Assembly: GCA_964397995.1 (NCBI GenBank)
Contig: CAYNLG010000005.1
Location: 322-64,321, forward strand
Length of the DNA stretch: 64,000 bases
Origin: an uncultured Anaerolineales bacterium
GTDB lineage: Bacteria > Planctomycetota > Phycisphaerae > FEN-1346
Direction: 5' to 3'
Part shown: piece by piece, positions 20,655-30,328 of the stretch
How the letters are laid out: each line of letters starts with the position of its first letter
Numbering within the stretch: position 1 is the first letter of the stretch
Translations under genes and position numbers: made by a program
Notes under the pieces: generated by a model
What the model was told of the DNA's origin: nothing
The model's database searches: none
Seen by the model: only the letters and a program-made list of their open reading frames with translations

Positions 20655-20936
20655 GCGGGGCTCCTTCGTGACGGGCGCGGCGCCGCGTTGCCTCGCGCCG
20701 CACAAAGTCCGATGCATATGAGACTGGATTCCTGCCCGCGGGGCAAGGGGATTCCACAGTCGGCCGGGGGACCGCTAGGGCCCGCTGCGCCCTTTTCACT
20801 TGACTTCGTCGTCGTCTGTGTTACCTTTTGGCGAGACGTGCCACATTGGGGGCACGCATCCGGGGGAGTTCGAGGGGGCCGCAAGAAGTCCGCACGGGGG
20901 CACCGGCGGGACGGGCGGCCACGTGGAGGGGATTCA

Positions 20937-22466
20937 ATGCGCCGTGCCTGCCTGTTTTCCACGAGTTGTCCGGCCGTCGTCGCGGCCGCCGCTGTCGTTA
21001 CATGGGCCCTTGCGGTTGCCGCACCGGCCGCGGTCCATGACGTCGCCATCTGGGACCTGAACGCGGTCGACGCCGACGGACGGGGGACGCACCCGCTCGT
21101 CGGGACCGAGGAGCAGGTCCGGTTCACGGGCGTCGTCCTGAACGCCCCGGCCGACATGCTGAACCCGGGCGCGCCCGGACCGATGGGGGCCGACGCCTGG
21201 CAGGTCTACGTGCAGGCCCTGCCCGAGGCGGGCCAGCCGCAGCCCGGCGGCATTGCCGTCTTTGCCGCGTCACCCTACTATGCCGGGACGCCCTATTCCT
21301 GGCCGCGCTACCCGACGGACTTCGCCCCCGGCGACGTCGTCGAGGTCGTCGGCTACGTCGGCGACTACAACGGCAAGGTCAACCTGAACGAGCGGCACGA
21401 CCCGTGGTACGGGTTCCAGGTCACGCACGTCGAGGACGGCGGCGTGCCGGTGAACGTCGGGTTGCCCGCGCCCTTCGAGCTTCCCGACGTGGCGGCGTGC
21501 ATCGCGTTCGACCCGACCCGCGCGGCGGGCGGCGAGCGGTATCAGGGCCAGTGGTGCACGCTCCGCGGGGTGCATATCGCGGGCGGCACGTGGGGCGACG
21601 GCCAGACGGTCGCCCTGGCCGACGGCTCGACCTTGCCCGGGGGCGGCCAGGCCACGATCGATTGCGTCCTTGGCTACAGCGGCTTCTTCGGCACCGGGGC
21701 CGCCGGCGACTTCAGCCAGTACGCGGCCCCGACCGGCCTCTTCAACGTTACCGCTCTCTTCGACCAGGAAGATGTCGACGGCGACGGCGACGGTGTCTAC
21801 GACGCTGGCTACCGGGTGTGGCCGCTTCAGCGGAGCCAGCTCCAGCTCTGGGGTGATGCCAACCTTGATATGTACGTCGACCTCGTGGACGTCGGCACCG
21901 TCTACGACCGCTACACCGGCGCCGACACGCCTCCGGCGCGCGCCTGGGCCGACGGCGATTTCGACGGAGACGCCGACGTTGATCTCGTTGACGTGGGCGC
22001 GCTTCTGGCCAACTGGACCGGCGCCCCGACCGCCGTCCAGGCCCTGGCGGCGGCGGACCCGGGGGCGGCATGCGGCACGTACGACGCGGTGACCGGCGAG
22101 GTCGTCCTGAGCGCCGCCGGCATCGAGTACCTGCGCATCGACGGCCCGGGCCTCCTGACCGGCGACGCCCCCGCCTGGGACGCCGTCCTCACGGGCGGCT
22201 ACTACGCCGACGGCTGCGACGACTGGACGGGCTTCTGGGCCCTGAACAACGCACAGACCTTTACCGACGCGGCCGTGGGTGCTATCGCGGTGCCGGGCCT
22301 GACCGAGGGGGACCTGGTGCTCGTCTACCAGGCGGGGCTGGCCACCGGCCAGGTCACGGTGCCGCTTGCCGTTGTCCCGGAACCCGCGACGGCGGTGCTG
22401 GCCGCGCTCGGGGCCGCGGCGCTCGTCCGCCGGCGCACCGCTCGGCCGCACGCAAGAGGAGCCTGA
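20937..22466 (+). CDS. secreted PEP-CTERM protein with two dockerin-like Ca-binding repeats
   Basis: Signal peptide, dockerin-like DVDGDGDGVYD and ADGDFDGDADVDLVDVGALLANW, and a C-terminal PEP-CTERM tail (VPEPATAVLAALGAAALVRRRTA). Confidence 0.7.
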   Translation: MRRACLFSTSCPAVVAAAAVVTWALAVAAPAAVHDVAIWDLNAVDADGRGTHPLVGTEEQVRFTGVVLNAPADMLNPGAPGPMGADAWQVYVQALPEAGQPQPGGIAVFAASPYYAGTPYSWPRYPTDFAPGDVVEVVGYVGDYNGKVNLNERHDPWYGFQVTHVEDGGVPVNVGLPAPFELPDVAACIAFDPTRAAGGERYQGQWCTLRGVHIAGGTWGDGQTVALADGSTLPGGGQATIDCVLGYSGFFGTGAAGDFSQYAAPTGLFNVTALFDQEDVDGDGDGVYDAGYRVWPLQRSQLQLWGDANLDMYVDLVDVGTVYDRYTGADTPPARAWADGDFDGDADVDLVDVGALLANWTGAPTAVQALAAADPGAACGTYDAVTGEVVLSAAGIEYLRIDGPGLLTGDAPAWDAVLTGGYYADGCDDWTGFWALNNAQTFTDAAVGAIAVPGLTEGDLVLVYQAGLATGQVTVPLAVVPEPATAVLAALGAAALVRRRTARPHARGA

Positions 22467-22467
22467 C

Positions 22468-22815
22468 GTGACCGATTCCGTCTCCGACGTCGGCCCGCGC
22501 CGCCTCTCGTACCTCGGCGAGGGCCTCCACATCCCGTTGCTCGAAGGGCCTCCCGGGACACGCGGCATGCGAAGCGGCCGCGTCGAACTGAAAGCCGGGG
22601 AGGACTGCGGCGAGCACACGACCGGGGCCCACGAGGAGATCGTCATCGTCCTCGAAGGCCGGGGCCAGGCGGTGGCCGCCGGGCGCGACCCGCTCCCCCT
22701 GGAGGCCGGCCAGGCCGTCTACGTTCCGCCGCACACGACCCACAACATGCGGAACGTCGACGCGCCCGTCTTCCGGTACATTTATGTGGTCGCGCCGGTG
22801 GCCGAGGCGGACTGA
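22468..22815 (+). CDS. cupin-domain protein
   Basis: Cupin motifs GxHxH(x)nE-like (GEHTTGAHEEIVIVLEG) and PxGxxH (YVPPHTTHNMRN). GTG start 1 nt after the preceding stop. Confidence 0.7.
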   Translation: MTDSVSDVGPRRLSYLGEGLHIPLLEGPPGTRGMRSGRVELKAGEDCGEHTTGAHEEIVIVLEGRGQAVAAGRDPLPLEAGQAVYVPPHTTHNMRNVDAPVFRYIYVVAPVAEAD

Positions 22816-22817
22816 TC

Positions 22818-23471
22818 ATGGGCCGCGCGGCCACAGGACCGAGGGCGCTCTGCCCGGGGCGGCCGGCCCGGGGCGGCTTCACGCTGCCGGAGTTGCTCGT
22901 GGTGGCGGCCATCGTGCTGGTGCTGCTGGCGCTCAGCGCCTCGGCCCTGAACAACGCGATTCTGACGGCCCAGATCACCGAGGCCCGCCACGACCTCCGC
23001 CAGGTGCAACTCGGCCTCTACGACTATTGGTGCTTCCACCAAGCCTACCCGCCGACGCGGAAGTACTGCCTGACGGCGAAGCGGGCCCTCGATTGCTGCC
23101 TCCCGCCGGAACTGTGGGAGGAGGGGTTCCTGGAGGGGCCCGTCTACGACGTCTTCAACGAGGGGCAGACGTACCGGTACACGGCCATCGGGCCGTACCG
23201 GTTCAACGACGGCCCGCCCGGCGGCATGCTGCGGTACTACGTGCCGGCGGACTTTCCGAAGCCGACGGGGGCCCTGGTCGGCACGGTCGACCCGAAGACG
23301 GCACCGGCCAGCGTGTTCCTGTGGAGCGCGGGGCCGGGCGGGCCGCCCGTCACGGTCTGCTACAGCGCCGACGGGGTGCGGCCGGAGAACCCGGCCCACT
23401 GGTACCCGGCGCAGGCGAACGGGATTCTCTGCTACTACTTCGGCGACGGGGCCTGGCGGTATTCCTACTGA
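22818..23471 (+). CDS. prepilin-type N-terminal cleavage/methylation domain protein (type II secretion / type IV pilin-like, DUF1559-like)
   Basis: Class-III signal GFTLPELLVVAAIVLVLLAL. This family is massively expanded in Planctomycetes. Confidence 0.65.
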   Translation: MGRAATGPRALCPGRPARGGFTLPELLVVAAIVLVLLALSASALNNAILTAQITEARHDLRQVQLGLYDYWCFHQAYPPTRKYCLTAKRALDCCLPPELWEEGFLEGPVYDVFNEGQTYRYTAIGPYRFNDGPPGGMLRYYVPADFPKPTGALVGTVDPKTAPASVFLWSAGPGGPPVTVCYSADGVRPENPAHWYPAQANGILCYYFGDGAWRYSY

Positions 23472-23481
23472 GCCGCCCGGC

Positions 23482-24312
23482 TCAGTCCGCGGCCGGCCGC
23501 CGCCGCAGCCGCGCGACCCCCGCGGCCCCCCCCACCAAGGCTGAGCTGAGGATGACGATCATCGCGCCGGTCGGGAGGTCGAAGAGGGCGGCGATGAGGA
23601 ACCCGCCGACGCCGGAGACCGCGCCGAGCCCGGCCGAGAGGGCGAGGGCGCGGCCGTGGCCGCGCACGAGCTGGAACGCTGCCGCCGCCGGGTTCACCAT
23701 CAGGCTGTAGATCATCAGGCCGCCCACCGTCTGGAAGTTGACCGTAAGGACGGCACTGGTAAGGAGCAGGAAGGCGGTCCAGACGGCCGTAACGTGGATG
23801 CCGGCCGCCTCGGCATGGGCCCGCGAGAAGAGGATCGCCCGCATCTCCTTGGCGAAGAGGGCGAGGAAGGCGACCGTCGCCGCCGCCACCGCCGCCATCA
23901 GGGCCACGTCGCTCCAGCGGCAGAAGTTGAGGCTGCCCCAAAGGAGGTTCCGGACAGCGTTGTCGCTGCGGCCCAGGACCGGGTACAGGCCGATACCGAG
24001 GAACGCCAGGCCCATGCTCAGGCCGAAGAGGACGCCGATCAGGACGTTCGTATCGGCGCGGAGCCGTTCGGGGTCCATCAGGCCGAGTGCCAGGGCCGTC
24101 GCGCCGGCCCCCGCGAGCGCCGGCGCCAGCAGGGCCGCGCCCTCGAGCCCCGCCAGCCCGCCGAAGACGGCCCCGGCCAGGGCCGCGTGCGCGACGCATA
24201 CCCCCAGGAACGGAATCCGCATGCCGACGACATAGGTGCCAAGGAGCCCCGTCGAGGCCCCGGCGATCGCGCCGCCTACCATGACCGGGGCGAAGTAGGC
24301 TAGGTCGATCAC
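23482..24312 (-). CDS. znuB: metal (Zn/Mn) ABC transporter permease
   Basis: Multi-TM ZnuB/MntB-type permease sequence (VGMRIPFLGVCVAHAAL, LLWGSLNF). GTG start, with a 4-nt overlap onto the ATPase stop. Confidence 0.8.
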   Translation of the reverse strand: MIDLAYFAPVMVGGAIAGASTGLLGTYVVGMRIPFLGVCVAHAALAGAVFGGLAGLEGAALLAPALAGAGATALALGLMDPERLRADTNVLIGVLFGLSMGLAFLGIGLYPVLGRSDNAVRNLLWGSLNFCRWSDVALMAAVAAATVAFLALFAKEMRAILFSRAHAEAAGIHVTAVWTAFLLLTSAVLTVNFQTVGGLMIYSLMVNPAAAAFQLVRGHGRALALSAGLGAVSGVGGFLIAALFDLPTGAMIVILSSALVGGAAGVARLRRRPAAD

Positions 24313-25115
24313 GCCCCGACCTCCCCGCCGCCCGGCACCACCGCCAGGCGGCCACCCCGGCGGACGACGTCGAGCCCCGGGCCGTAGAGCGACGCCACGC
24401 GCTCGGGCGTGAGCACCTGGGCCGGGGGGCCGTCGGCAAGCGGGCGCCCGTCGGCCAGGAGCAGCACCCGTCGGCACGCGGGCGGCAGGGCCGCCAGTTC
24501 GTGGCACACGAGGAGCACCGTGACGTCGGTCTCGCGGAACAGGGTCTCCAGGAGGGCGACGAGCCGTTCCCGCCACCCTAGGTCCAGATTGGCCGTCGGC
24601 TCGTCCAGCGCGAGCAGCTCCGGTTCCTGGACCATGGCCCGGGCGAGAAGGGTCTTGCGTTGCTCGCCGCCCGAGAGGTCGCCGTAAGCGGCCCGCGCGA
24701 GCGGTTCGAGGCCCAGCCGCTCGATCCAGGCGTCCACCCGGCGCCAGTCCTCTCGCCGAAGCGGCCGGAGCAGTCCGGCGAGGCCCGTCCGCCCGATGGC
24801 CACCACCTCGCGGACTGTCAGGGGCATCTCGGTCCGCGCGGCAAGCCCCTGGGGCACGTACCCGATTCGCCGCCGCCACCGGGCCCGGGCGCCCGGCCCG
24901 AGCGTTGACGGGGTGCTCCCCAGCACGGTGGCGCGGCCCGCCGCCGGCCGCATCTTGCCCAGGCAGGCCCGGAGCAGTGTGCTCTTGCCGGCGCCGTTGG
25001 GGCCGAGGATGGCCGCAACCTCGCCGGGGGCGACGCACCAGCGGTCGAGAGCGAGGATCGTGCGCCCTCCGGCCTCCACGCGCAGCCCCGCAACGTCGAC
25101 GGCCGCCTTGGTCAT
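24309..25115 (-). CDS. znuC: metal ABC transporter ATP-binding protein
   Basis: Walker A GPNGAGKST, ABC signature LSGGEQ, Walker B LLALDEP. Confidence 0.85.
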   Translation of the reverse strand: MTKAAVDVAGLRVEAGGRTILALDRWCVAPGEVAAILGPNGAGKSTLLRACLGKMRPAAGRATVLGSTPSTLGPGARARWRRRIGYVPQGLAARTEMPLTVREVVAIGRTGLAGLLRPLRREDWRRVDAWIERLGLEPLARAAYGDLSGGEQRKTLLARAMVQEPELLALDEPTANLDLGWRERLVALLETLFRETDVTVLLVCHELAALPPACRRVLLLADGRPLADGPPAQVLTPERVASLYGPGLDVVRRGGRLAVVPGGGEVGA

Positions 25116-25942
25116 GGGGCCGCCTCGACCAAAGCCCGGACGTTGGCCCGGACCATGGCGTCGAAGCCGGAGGCGGCCGCCTCGGCCGGGAAGTTGTCGA
25201 GCACCGCCACCCGGGCGTTCAGGCGGTCGGCCAGGGCGTCGGCGACGCGCCGCCCCTCCGGCCGGTTCGCAACGATGAGTGTGGCCGCGGCCTTCTCGCC
25301 GGCGGCGATGGCGCGGCTGATGTCGGCCGCCGTCGTGGTGTCCGACGCCGTGAAGGTGGTGGCCACCTCCAAGCCGAGCCAGCGGCAGAAGGCTGCCTGG
25401 TGTTCACTCGCGACGACCCCCCGCCCGGCGAGACGCCCCGCGCGGGCTTCGTTACGGGCGTCAAAGCCAAGGCGCGCCATCCGCTCCCGGATGGCGCGGA
25501 GCCGGGCGTTTACGTCGAACGCTTCGGCCGGGCCCGTCTCGGCGAGGGCCGCGGCCGTTTGCTCGCAGACGCCGACGTAGGTTGCCGGCAGGGCCATGCC
25601 CTCGGCCACTGTCACGGCGCGGATCGCCGGCCCGCCCTCGGCGGCGCCGCCGATCTTGGCGTCGAGCGATTCCTGGAAGCCGAACCGCAGGAGAAGCCGG
25701 CAACGGCGGAGCGCCTGGACCTGGCTCGGACGCAGGTCGAAATGTCCCGGGCACATGCCGGGCGGGGCGAGGGCCAGGACGGGCGTGGCGTCGCCCGCCA
25801 CATCCTTGACCGCGCACGCCAAGTACGTACTGGTGACGGCGACGTCCGGGGCCGCGGCCGGCGGCTCGGGTTCGCCGCCGCACCCGGCTGCCAGTGCGGC
25901 CAGCGCCACAAGCCCGGCGCGCCATCGCCGGATGGGATGCAT
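25112..25942 (-). CDS. znuA: metal ABC transporter substrate-binding lipoprotein (ZnuA/TroA family)
   Basis: Lipobox LAALAAGCGG, cluster-9 SBP-like sequence. First gene of a three-gene operon, 4-nt overlap with the ATPase. Confidence 0.75.
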   Translation of the reverse strand: MHPIRRWRAGLVALAALAAGCGGEPEPPAAAPDVAVTSTYLACAVKDVAGDATPVLALAPPGMCPGHFDLRPSQVQALRRCRLLLRFGFQESLDAKIGGAAEGGPAIRAVTVAEGMALPATYVGVCEQTAAALAETGPAEAFDVNARLRAIRERMARLGFDARNEARAGRLAGRGVVASEHQAAFCRWLGLEVATTFTASDTTTAADISRAIAAGEKAAATLIVANRPEGRRVADALADRLNARVAVLDNFPAEAAASGFDAMVRANVRALVEAAP

Positions 25943-25983
25943 GGGCCACCTCCGCTGATGGGTAGCACGGAACCGGGAAACGT

Positions 25984-26057
25984 ACTACCGCGCCGCACGC
26001 GCCGAAGAAAGGAGAAACCGTCTACCGCGCCGCACGCGCCGAAGAAAGGAGAAACCG
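25984..26057. repeat. perfect tandem duplication, 2 x 37 bp (ctaccgcgccgcacgcgccgaagaaaggagaaaccgt)
   Basis: Read directly in the sequence: copy 1 is 25984-26020, copy 2 is 26021-26057, and a partial third copy precedes them. It lies in the divergent region between the znuA-like and PQQ-repeat genes. Confidence 0.9.
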
Positions 26058-26164
26058 TCGGTCGCCCCGTTACCTGGTGTCAAGATGGGCGGCCCGTTTC
26101 CCCGAAGCGCACCGGCATCGGGGTGGTTCAAGGGACGGGCCTACTCGAACCGGAGGGATGCCGC

Positions 26165-27793
26165 ATGCGACGCGCAATCGTCCTCACGCTGGCTGCATCT
26201 GCCGCCGCATGGTTCGTGATACCGGCCGTGCCGACGCTGGCGGCCGACTGGCCATGTTACCTCGGCCCGACGGGCAATCACGCGGCCGCGCCGTTCGACG
26301 GGCCGATGGTGGAGCGGTGGGCCGACGCCCGCGTCGCGTGGGTCAGCGACGAACCGATTCCCGACGGCATGTCCGGCGACGGACGCGGGCCGCGCGGCGG
26401 GCGGTTCGCCGTCTCGGGTGGCTACGGCAGTCCCGTCATTGCCGCCGGCCGCGTCTACCTCCAGTACACCCTTCCGAGCGGCGACGTCGCCTCTGAGGAG
26501 CATGTCGCGAAGTACGGTGAGGCGACGCGGCCCAAGTTCCTGGTCGAGGCCGACGACGTCGTCCACGCCTTCGACGTTGCCACGGGGAAGACCGCTTGGA
26601 AGGCCGTCCGCCCGCGGACCGCGATGAACATGCAGGGCTTCACGAAGGGGGGTCCGTCGCTGACGTGCTGCGTGGCCGGCGGGCGCATCTTCGCCCACTC
26701 GTGCGGCGGGCGGGTCTTCGCCTTCGACGCGAAGACGGGCGACCTGGTCTGGGAGACGAAGACCGACCGGTACCCCTTCCAGGAGACGCTTCGCGCCTGG
26801 GCCGTCGAGCGGAAGCGCATCCCCGCGTACAACCGCGACTTCAAGACCAGCCCGGCCGTCATCGGCGGCGTCCTCGTGCTGAACGACCACCGCTACCACA
26901 AGACGATGGCCGCGAGCGGCTGGGAGTATTTCTATGACGAACCCTCGAACCTCCTGGCCCTCGACCCCGCGACGGGCGAGGAGCTGTGGCGGTTGCCGGG
27001 CGGCCTCTCGAACGGCGCGAATCCCGTCCCCTGGAAGGCCGGCGACACGTGGTGCGTCATCGCCAACGGCGGCTCCGGCGGCGGTATCCGGTGCATCGAG
27101 GTTCGCACCGGCCGCGTCCGCTGGACCGCTGCCTCGGGCGGCGGGCGGACGGTCTGCGTGGGTGGCGACATCCTTGTGGCCGACGGGGGCGAGGGCAAGA
27201 GCCGCTATCATGTCGGCTACCGCATGGCGCCTGACGGGGCGGAGGAAATCTGGCGACTGCCCGGCACCTACGGCAGCCCGTCGCACGCGTCGCCGGCCGT
27301 CGCGGGCGACCACTGGATCAGTGAGACGAAGCCGCGCGGCAAGCTGCTCTGGGTCGAACTCGCCACCGGCCGCATTGCCGACACCGCCCCGGCCGAGAAG
27401 GAGGGGCACTTCGGCTACTTCCCCCGCGTCATGGGCACGCGCGTCGTCTGCGGCGGGGCGGATACCGACCAGTTGCACCTCTACGCGGTCGGCCCGGACG
27501 GGCTGCGGCTGCTGGACGACGCCCGTATCCCGAACGCCTGGGGCTACGAGACAGGGGTGCTGCCGGCCCTGGCCGACGGGCGGATGGTTTTCCGCACGCA
27601 CGACCGGCTCGTTTGCCTCGATCTGCGGAAGGGCGCGACCGCGGGGACACCTCTCGGCGAGACCGATCTGATGGCGAAGCCGGGCGAGGCGGAGGCCGCC
27701 GCCGAAGCGAAGCGCGGGACCGAACCGAAGGCCGGGCCGACGGCCGAGCCCGGCATGCCGAAGCTCGATGACATCGGCGTGGAGCTCCGGTGA
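26165..27793 (+). CDS. PQQ-like beta-propeller repeat protein (BamB-like fold), secreted
   Basis: Signal peptide, N-terminal DWPCYLGP, and repeated AFD..TGK..W / ALD..TGE..W blade motifs. Confidence 0.7.
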   Translation: MRRAIVLTLAASAAAWFVIPAVPTLAADWPCYLGPTGNHAAAPFDGPMVERWADARVAWVSDEPIPDGMSGDGRGPRGGRFAVSGGYGSPVIAAGRVYLQYTLPSGDVASEEHVAKYGEATRPKFLVEADDVVHAFDVATGKTAWKAVRPRTAMNMQGFTKGGPSLTCCVAGGRIFAHSCGGRVFAFDAKTGDLVWETKTDRYPFQETLRAWAVERKRIPAYNRDFKTSPAVIGGVLVLNDHRYHKTMAASGWEYFYDEPSNLLALDPATGEELWRLPGGLSNGANPVPWKAGDTWCVIANGGSGGGIRCIEVRTGRVRWTAASGGGRTVCVGGDILVADGGEGKSRYHVGYRMAPDGAEEIWRLPGTYGSPSHASPAVAGDHWISETKPRGKLLWVELATGRIADTAPAEKEGHFGYFPRVMGTRVVCGGADTDQLHLYAVGPDGLRLLDDARIPNAWGYETGVLPALADGRMVFRTHDRLVCLDLRKGATAGTPLGETDLMAKPGEAEAAAEAKRGTEPKAGPTAEPGMPKLDDIGVELR

Positions 27794-29161
27794 GACGGGA
27801 GGCGGACGCCATGCGAACGCGCGGGGCAGGGGCCGTGAGGGGCGTGGTGGTCCTCGCGCTCGTCATGCTTGCGGCCGCACCCGCCCGGACCGACGGCGTC
27901 GGCGAGGCCTTCCGCGCGATGGCCGAAGACCTGGCCGGCCTGCGCCGGGTGCGCAACGCGTGGGCCAAGCGTCTGCCGCCGGCCCGCCGTCGGGCCGGCG
28001 CCGGACCGACACCCCGGGCGGCGAGCGGCTGCCTCTTCCTCGGGGAAGGCGACGGTCAGCCTGCCCGCGAAGGTGTCGTCGCCCCCGCCCCCCTGGTCAA
28101 GCGTGATGTCAAACCATTCCGGGTACTCCGGCACGAAAGCCAGGGCTTTGACGATCGTGCCTCCCTGCCGGTCGAGATGGATCCGCAGGTCCTGCTTGCC
28201 CTCGACGGCCCGGACCAGGTCGACGGCAAAGACGGCGTTGGCGCGGCTTGCGGCCGGGCCGCCCTCGGCCACGCCGCTCAGCGTGGTTTCCTGATCATAC
28301 GGCTGTCCGTTACGGGTCGAGCGGATGGTGCCTTGGAGGATGTTGTGCTCGACGGCCGCGTCGATCGTGAAGGCGTACGTCCCCGCGAACGTGCCGCCGC
28401 CCGAGCCCTCCGTCTTGAAGGTGACGGTGCCGCTCAGCTTCGTGCCGTCGAACGCCAAGTCGTGCTCCACGCCCGTTGCCGTCCACCCGGCCCGTGCCCC
28501 GTGTTTGGGCGCGAGCGTCAATTCGGTCACGGTTCCGTCCCTGACCGTGGCCTCCAAGGTCACGTACCGCTGCCAGCTCGAGTGGCCTTCCATCAGGTGC
28601 CGCGTCCACAGCGTCAGGTGGGCCTTCTCCTTCGAGGCCGGGGCGAGGGCGCGGCACATGGCCTTGCCGGTGAGTTCCTGGCCGTAGTGGAAGAGTGACG
28701 CCTCGCCGGGCTGGACGCGGAGGTCGTCGGTCGTGTAGAGGAGGGTGTCGGTCAGGGTGCTGAAACGGCTGCTGAAGCGGCCCGTGACCGTGCCGCCTGA
28801 CACCTTCGCATCGAGGTCCAGCAGGCAGACGTAGGTCTGCGGCAACGTGTCGAGGTTGACCCAGGCCCGCACCCGGCCCTCAAGCTTGCCATCGGCCAGC
28901 GCGAGGTTCCTCCGGTCGAAGAGCTCGGCGATCTTCAGGGTGCCGGGTACCTCGCCCCACGCCTGCAGGCACATGCCGTCGTGGAAGCCCAGGTGCAGCA
29001 CCAGGTCTTTGCCCTCGGGCATGGCGCCGGGCAGACGGAGCGCGTAGCGCTCGTACGACCGCGGCACGACGAGTTGCCCCTCGGCTACGGGCTCAACCGC
29101 CTCGGCCGCGACAGCCATGGCCAGCAGGACGGGTGTCAGGGCAAGCACGCCGGATAGCATA
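27544..29161 (-). CDS. secreted hypothetical protein; C-terminal extent uncertain
   Basis: Signal peptide MLSGVLALTPVLLAMAVAAEA and a beta-rich body (~380 aa). Beyond about residue 390 the frame becomes Arg/Pro/Gly-rich. It continues without a stop and would overlap the convergent PQQ gene by ~250 bp. Confidence 0.4.
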
Positions 29162-29201
29162 GCAGTCTCCTTCTGAGTCGGATGCACGGGACATTGCGGC
29201 C

Positions 29202-30299
29202 TCAGGTGTCCACGCCGGTCTTCAGCGGCACCACGCCGCTCCAGGTCCGCACGACGCCCGTGAAGCCGCCCTTCGACGGCTCGCCGTCGGCCATGGCCGC
29301 CACCAGGTGCGTCGGCGTGCCGCCCTCGATCAGGAGGAACGGCCGCTCCAGGTTCGCGAGTTCGCGCGTGCTGCCGTCGTCGAAGCGGAGGCGGCGGCTG
29401 TAGGCCTTCGGCCGTGGGGCGGGCGTCCACGCGAAGCCGTCCGGCGAGAGCAGGTGGGCGCCGGCGTGCCACTCGCCCGTCGTCGCGCCGGTCAGATCCT
29501 TGGCGATCATTTCGAAATGCCCGCCCGCCTCCCAGACGAACGGGTCCTCCAGCGACTCGCCTTCGGTGTCGAAGAGCGGGGCGTCGCTCCGCCACGCGGG
29601 CTCGCCCCCGAGGGCGGCCGGGTCATCGTAGACCGCCAGGCCCAGACGGCAGCCGCGCTCCTTGATGTAGCTGCGGTAGTAGAGGAGCAGGCGGCCGTCG
29701 GAGGCGGCGCACGGCGACGGATTCGTCACCACGTGGGCGTCCCACATCCCCGGCCGCGCCACGAGCAGCGGTCGGTCCGGCCGCTCCCACGGCCCCGCGG
29801 GGTCGTCGGCGACGGCCACGCCGATGCGAATCTGCCGGTACCACGGGTAGAACGCCGGCCCCGCTTCGAGCTCGTCGGCCGTCGGCTTCGGGCCCTCGAA
29901 CGTGGTGCCGATGTAGAAGAGGGTGTAGCGGCCCCGCCAGCGGACGATGACCGGGTTGTGGGTCATGCGGCCGTCCCAGTACGCCGGGCCGCGGTCGCCG
30001 AGGACGACTTCCTCGAACGTGTAGGGCCCTTCGGGCTCGTCGGCGGTCGCACGCACGATCTCCGAGTAGCTCTGGTACGCCGGCAGGAACCGCAGTTCGT
30101 GCGGCCACCGGGCCGCAAAGAGATGGTACCGCCCGTCGCCGCCTTGGACGACGGATCCGCACCAGACCCACCAGCCCTCCTGGCGGAAGCCGCCTTTCGT
30201 GCAGGCTGGAAGCAGGCGGTCGGCAAACGGGACGTGGTCGGGGACAGGCATGGCACCTCCTTCGCTGACGGCCCCATCGTAGCACGGGGGGCTTGTCAA
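29202..30299 (-). CDS. glycoside-hydrolase-like five-bladed beta-propeller protein (GH43/GH32 clan-like)
   Basis: The N-terminus after a likely internal start (MPVPD...) and W/D-rich blade motifs (YHLFAARW, DPFVW) suggest the GH-J/GH-F propeller clan. No precise family assignment. Confidence 0.5.
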   Translation of the reverse strand: MTSPPCYDGAVSEGGAMPVPDHVPFADRLLPACTKGGFRQEGWWVWCGSVVQGGDGRYHLFAARWPHELRFLPAYQSYSEIVRATADEPEGPYTFEEVVLGDRGPAYWDGRMTHNPVIVRWRGRYTLFYIGTTFEGPKPTADELEAGPAFYPWYRQIRIGVAVADDPAGPWERPDRPLLVARPGMWDAHVVTNPSPCAASDGRLLLYYRSYIKERGCRLGLAVYDDPAALGGEPAWRSDAPLFDTEGESLEDPFVWEAGGHFEMIAKDLTGATTGEWHAGAHLLSPDGFAWTPAPRPKAYSRRLRFDDGSTRELANLERPFLLIEGGTPTHLVAAMADGEPSKGGFTGVVRTWSGVVPLKTGVDT

Positions 30300-30328
30300 A
30301 AGATAGCGCCTGATTTACACTGCGTAGC

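Noticed and set aside
25984-26057. CRISPR array
   Set aside because: There are only two identical 37-bp units directly abutting with no spacers, and no cas genes, so this is a simple tandem duplication. No CRISPR-like repeat-spacer structure occurs anywhere in the window.
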